64,000 nt of DNA from Octopus bimaculoides (Eukaryota): contig NC_068985.1 in assembly GCF_001194135.2 (NCBI RefSeq), forward strand, positions 66,886,051 to 66,950,050, read 5' to 3'. Below, one piece after another: positions 63,461 through 64,000 of this stretch (the stretch's first letter is position 1; every line of letters begins with the position of its first letter). The notes below the pieces were generated by a model that searched no databases, was not told the origin of the DNA, and saw only the letters and a list, made by a program, of their open reading frames with translations. A program made the position numbers and the translations under genes.

Positions 63461-64000
63461 CCTAATACTATAGCAACAGTAAGTCATCAGTAATTATATG
63501 AAATGTATCACGTATAATTACAGCTAATAGAAAGCTCACCGATTTCAAGTTATAAAGCTTACAGTAAAAGTGCTTTCAAGTAGGAATTATACGCTTGTAA
63601 CAGCCTAAAATAAAAATAAAGATTTTACCGGAATTTACAAATACATTTAAATGAGAGGCGATCACTTCTATCAGACATTTCATAAACGATAAGAGTTAAT
63701 CGTTGTTCTCATAATTCAGATAACTCCATTTCATTCATATAACCATAACTGAAGCAATGAAAACAGGAAATATTAATAAATTAGGATCCTTCTGAATTTA
63801 CGGGCACCACTTTTCATTTATGTTTTGTGTAGTGTTTTTGGTACCGAAATACTTTCAAACTTCGTATACTTGTATATTTTATGGTATAGAACAGATAAAT
63901 GTTTTTGTATTCGAAGTTATTTCATGTAAAAATTGTCATATTTCGGTAATTTCAACCAATCACTGACGTCTATTGAGGTGAAAACCATTACTGCTGTGAA

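Noticed and set aside
1-64000. CRISPR array, operon or prokaryotic defence system
   Set aside because: There are no regularly spaced repeats with unique spacers and no gene-dense segment. All dispersed repeats are eukaryotic TEs.

Overview
Eukaryotic, AT-rich and repeat-saturated animal DNA. The SINE families and the very high microsatellite density resemble what I recall from Octopus/coleoid cephalopod assemblies; this is an inference, not a database result. Ten N-gaps total about 5.1 kb: 3663-3917, 8108-8782, 11172-12101, 20519-20528, 23730-23739, 28288-28372, 45948-46659, 49607-50573, 52522-53377, 57468-58075. I recognise no intact host gene, tRNA/rRNA gene or CRISPR array, and no prokaryote-style system. 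The window looks like a large intron or intergenic transposon graveyard. It holds Penelope-like retroelements (PLEs) of two clades (Neptune-like and Naiad-like) plus terminal-repeat and hammerhead remnants; L1/Tx1, R4/Dong-like and CR1/L2-like LINE relics; and two tRNA-derived SINE families. It also holds Helitron pieces and Tc1/mariner elements with four catalytic spacings (DD34D, DD36E, DD37D, DD41D). Most long ORFs in the track are artefacts of gaps or microsatellites. The most notable signal is structural: several independent inverted duplications of TE sequence (a fold-back mariner, an inverted Naiad, an inverted L1/Tx1 RT block and a perfect 42-bp hairpin) would form dsRNA if transcribed. 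There is also a 62-bp element with complete Helitron termini and three weak host-exon candidates. I found no convincing new biological system. Coordinates of decayed elements are approximate (tens of bp).
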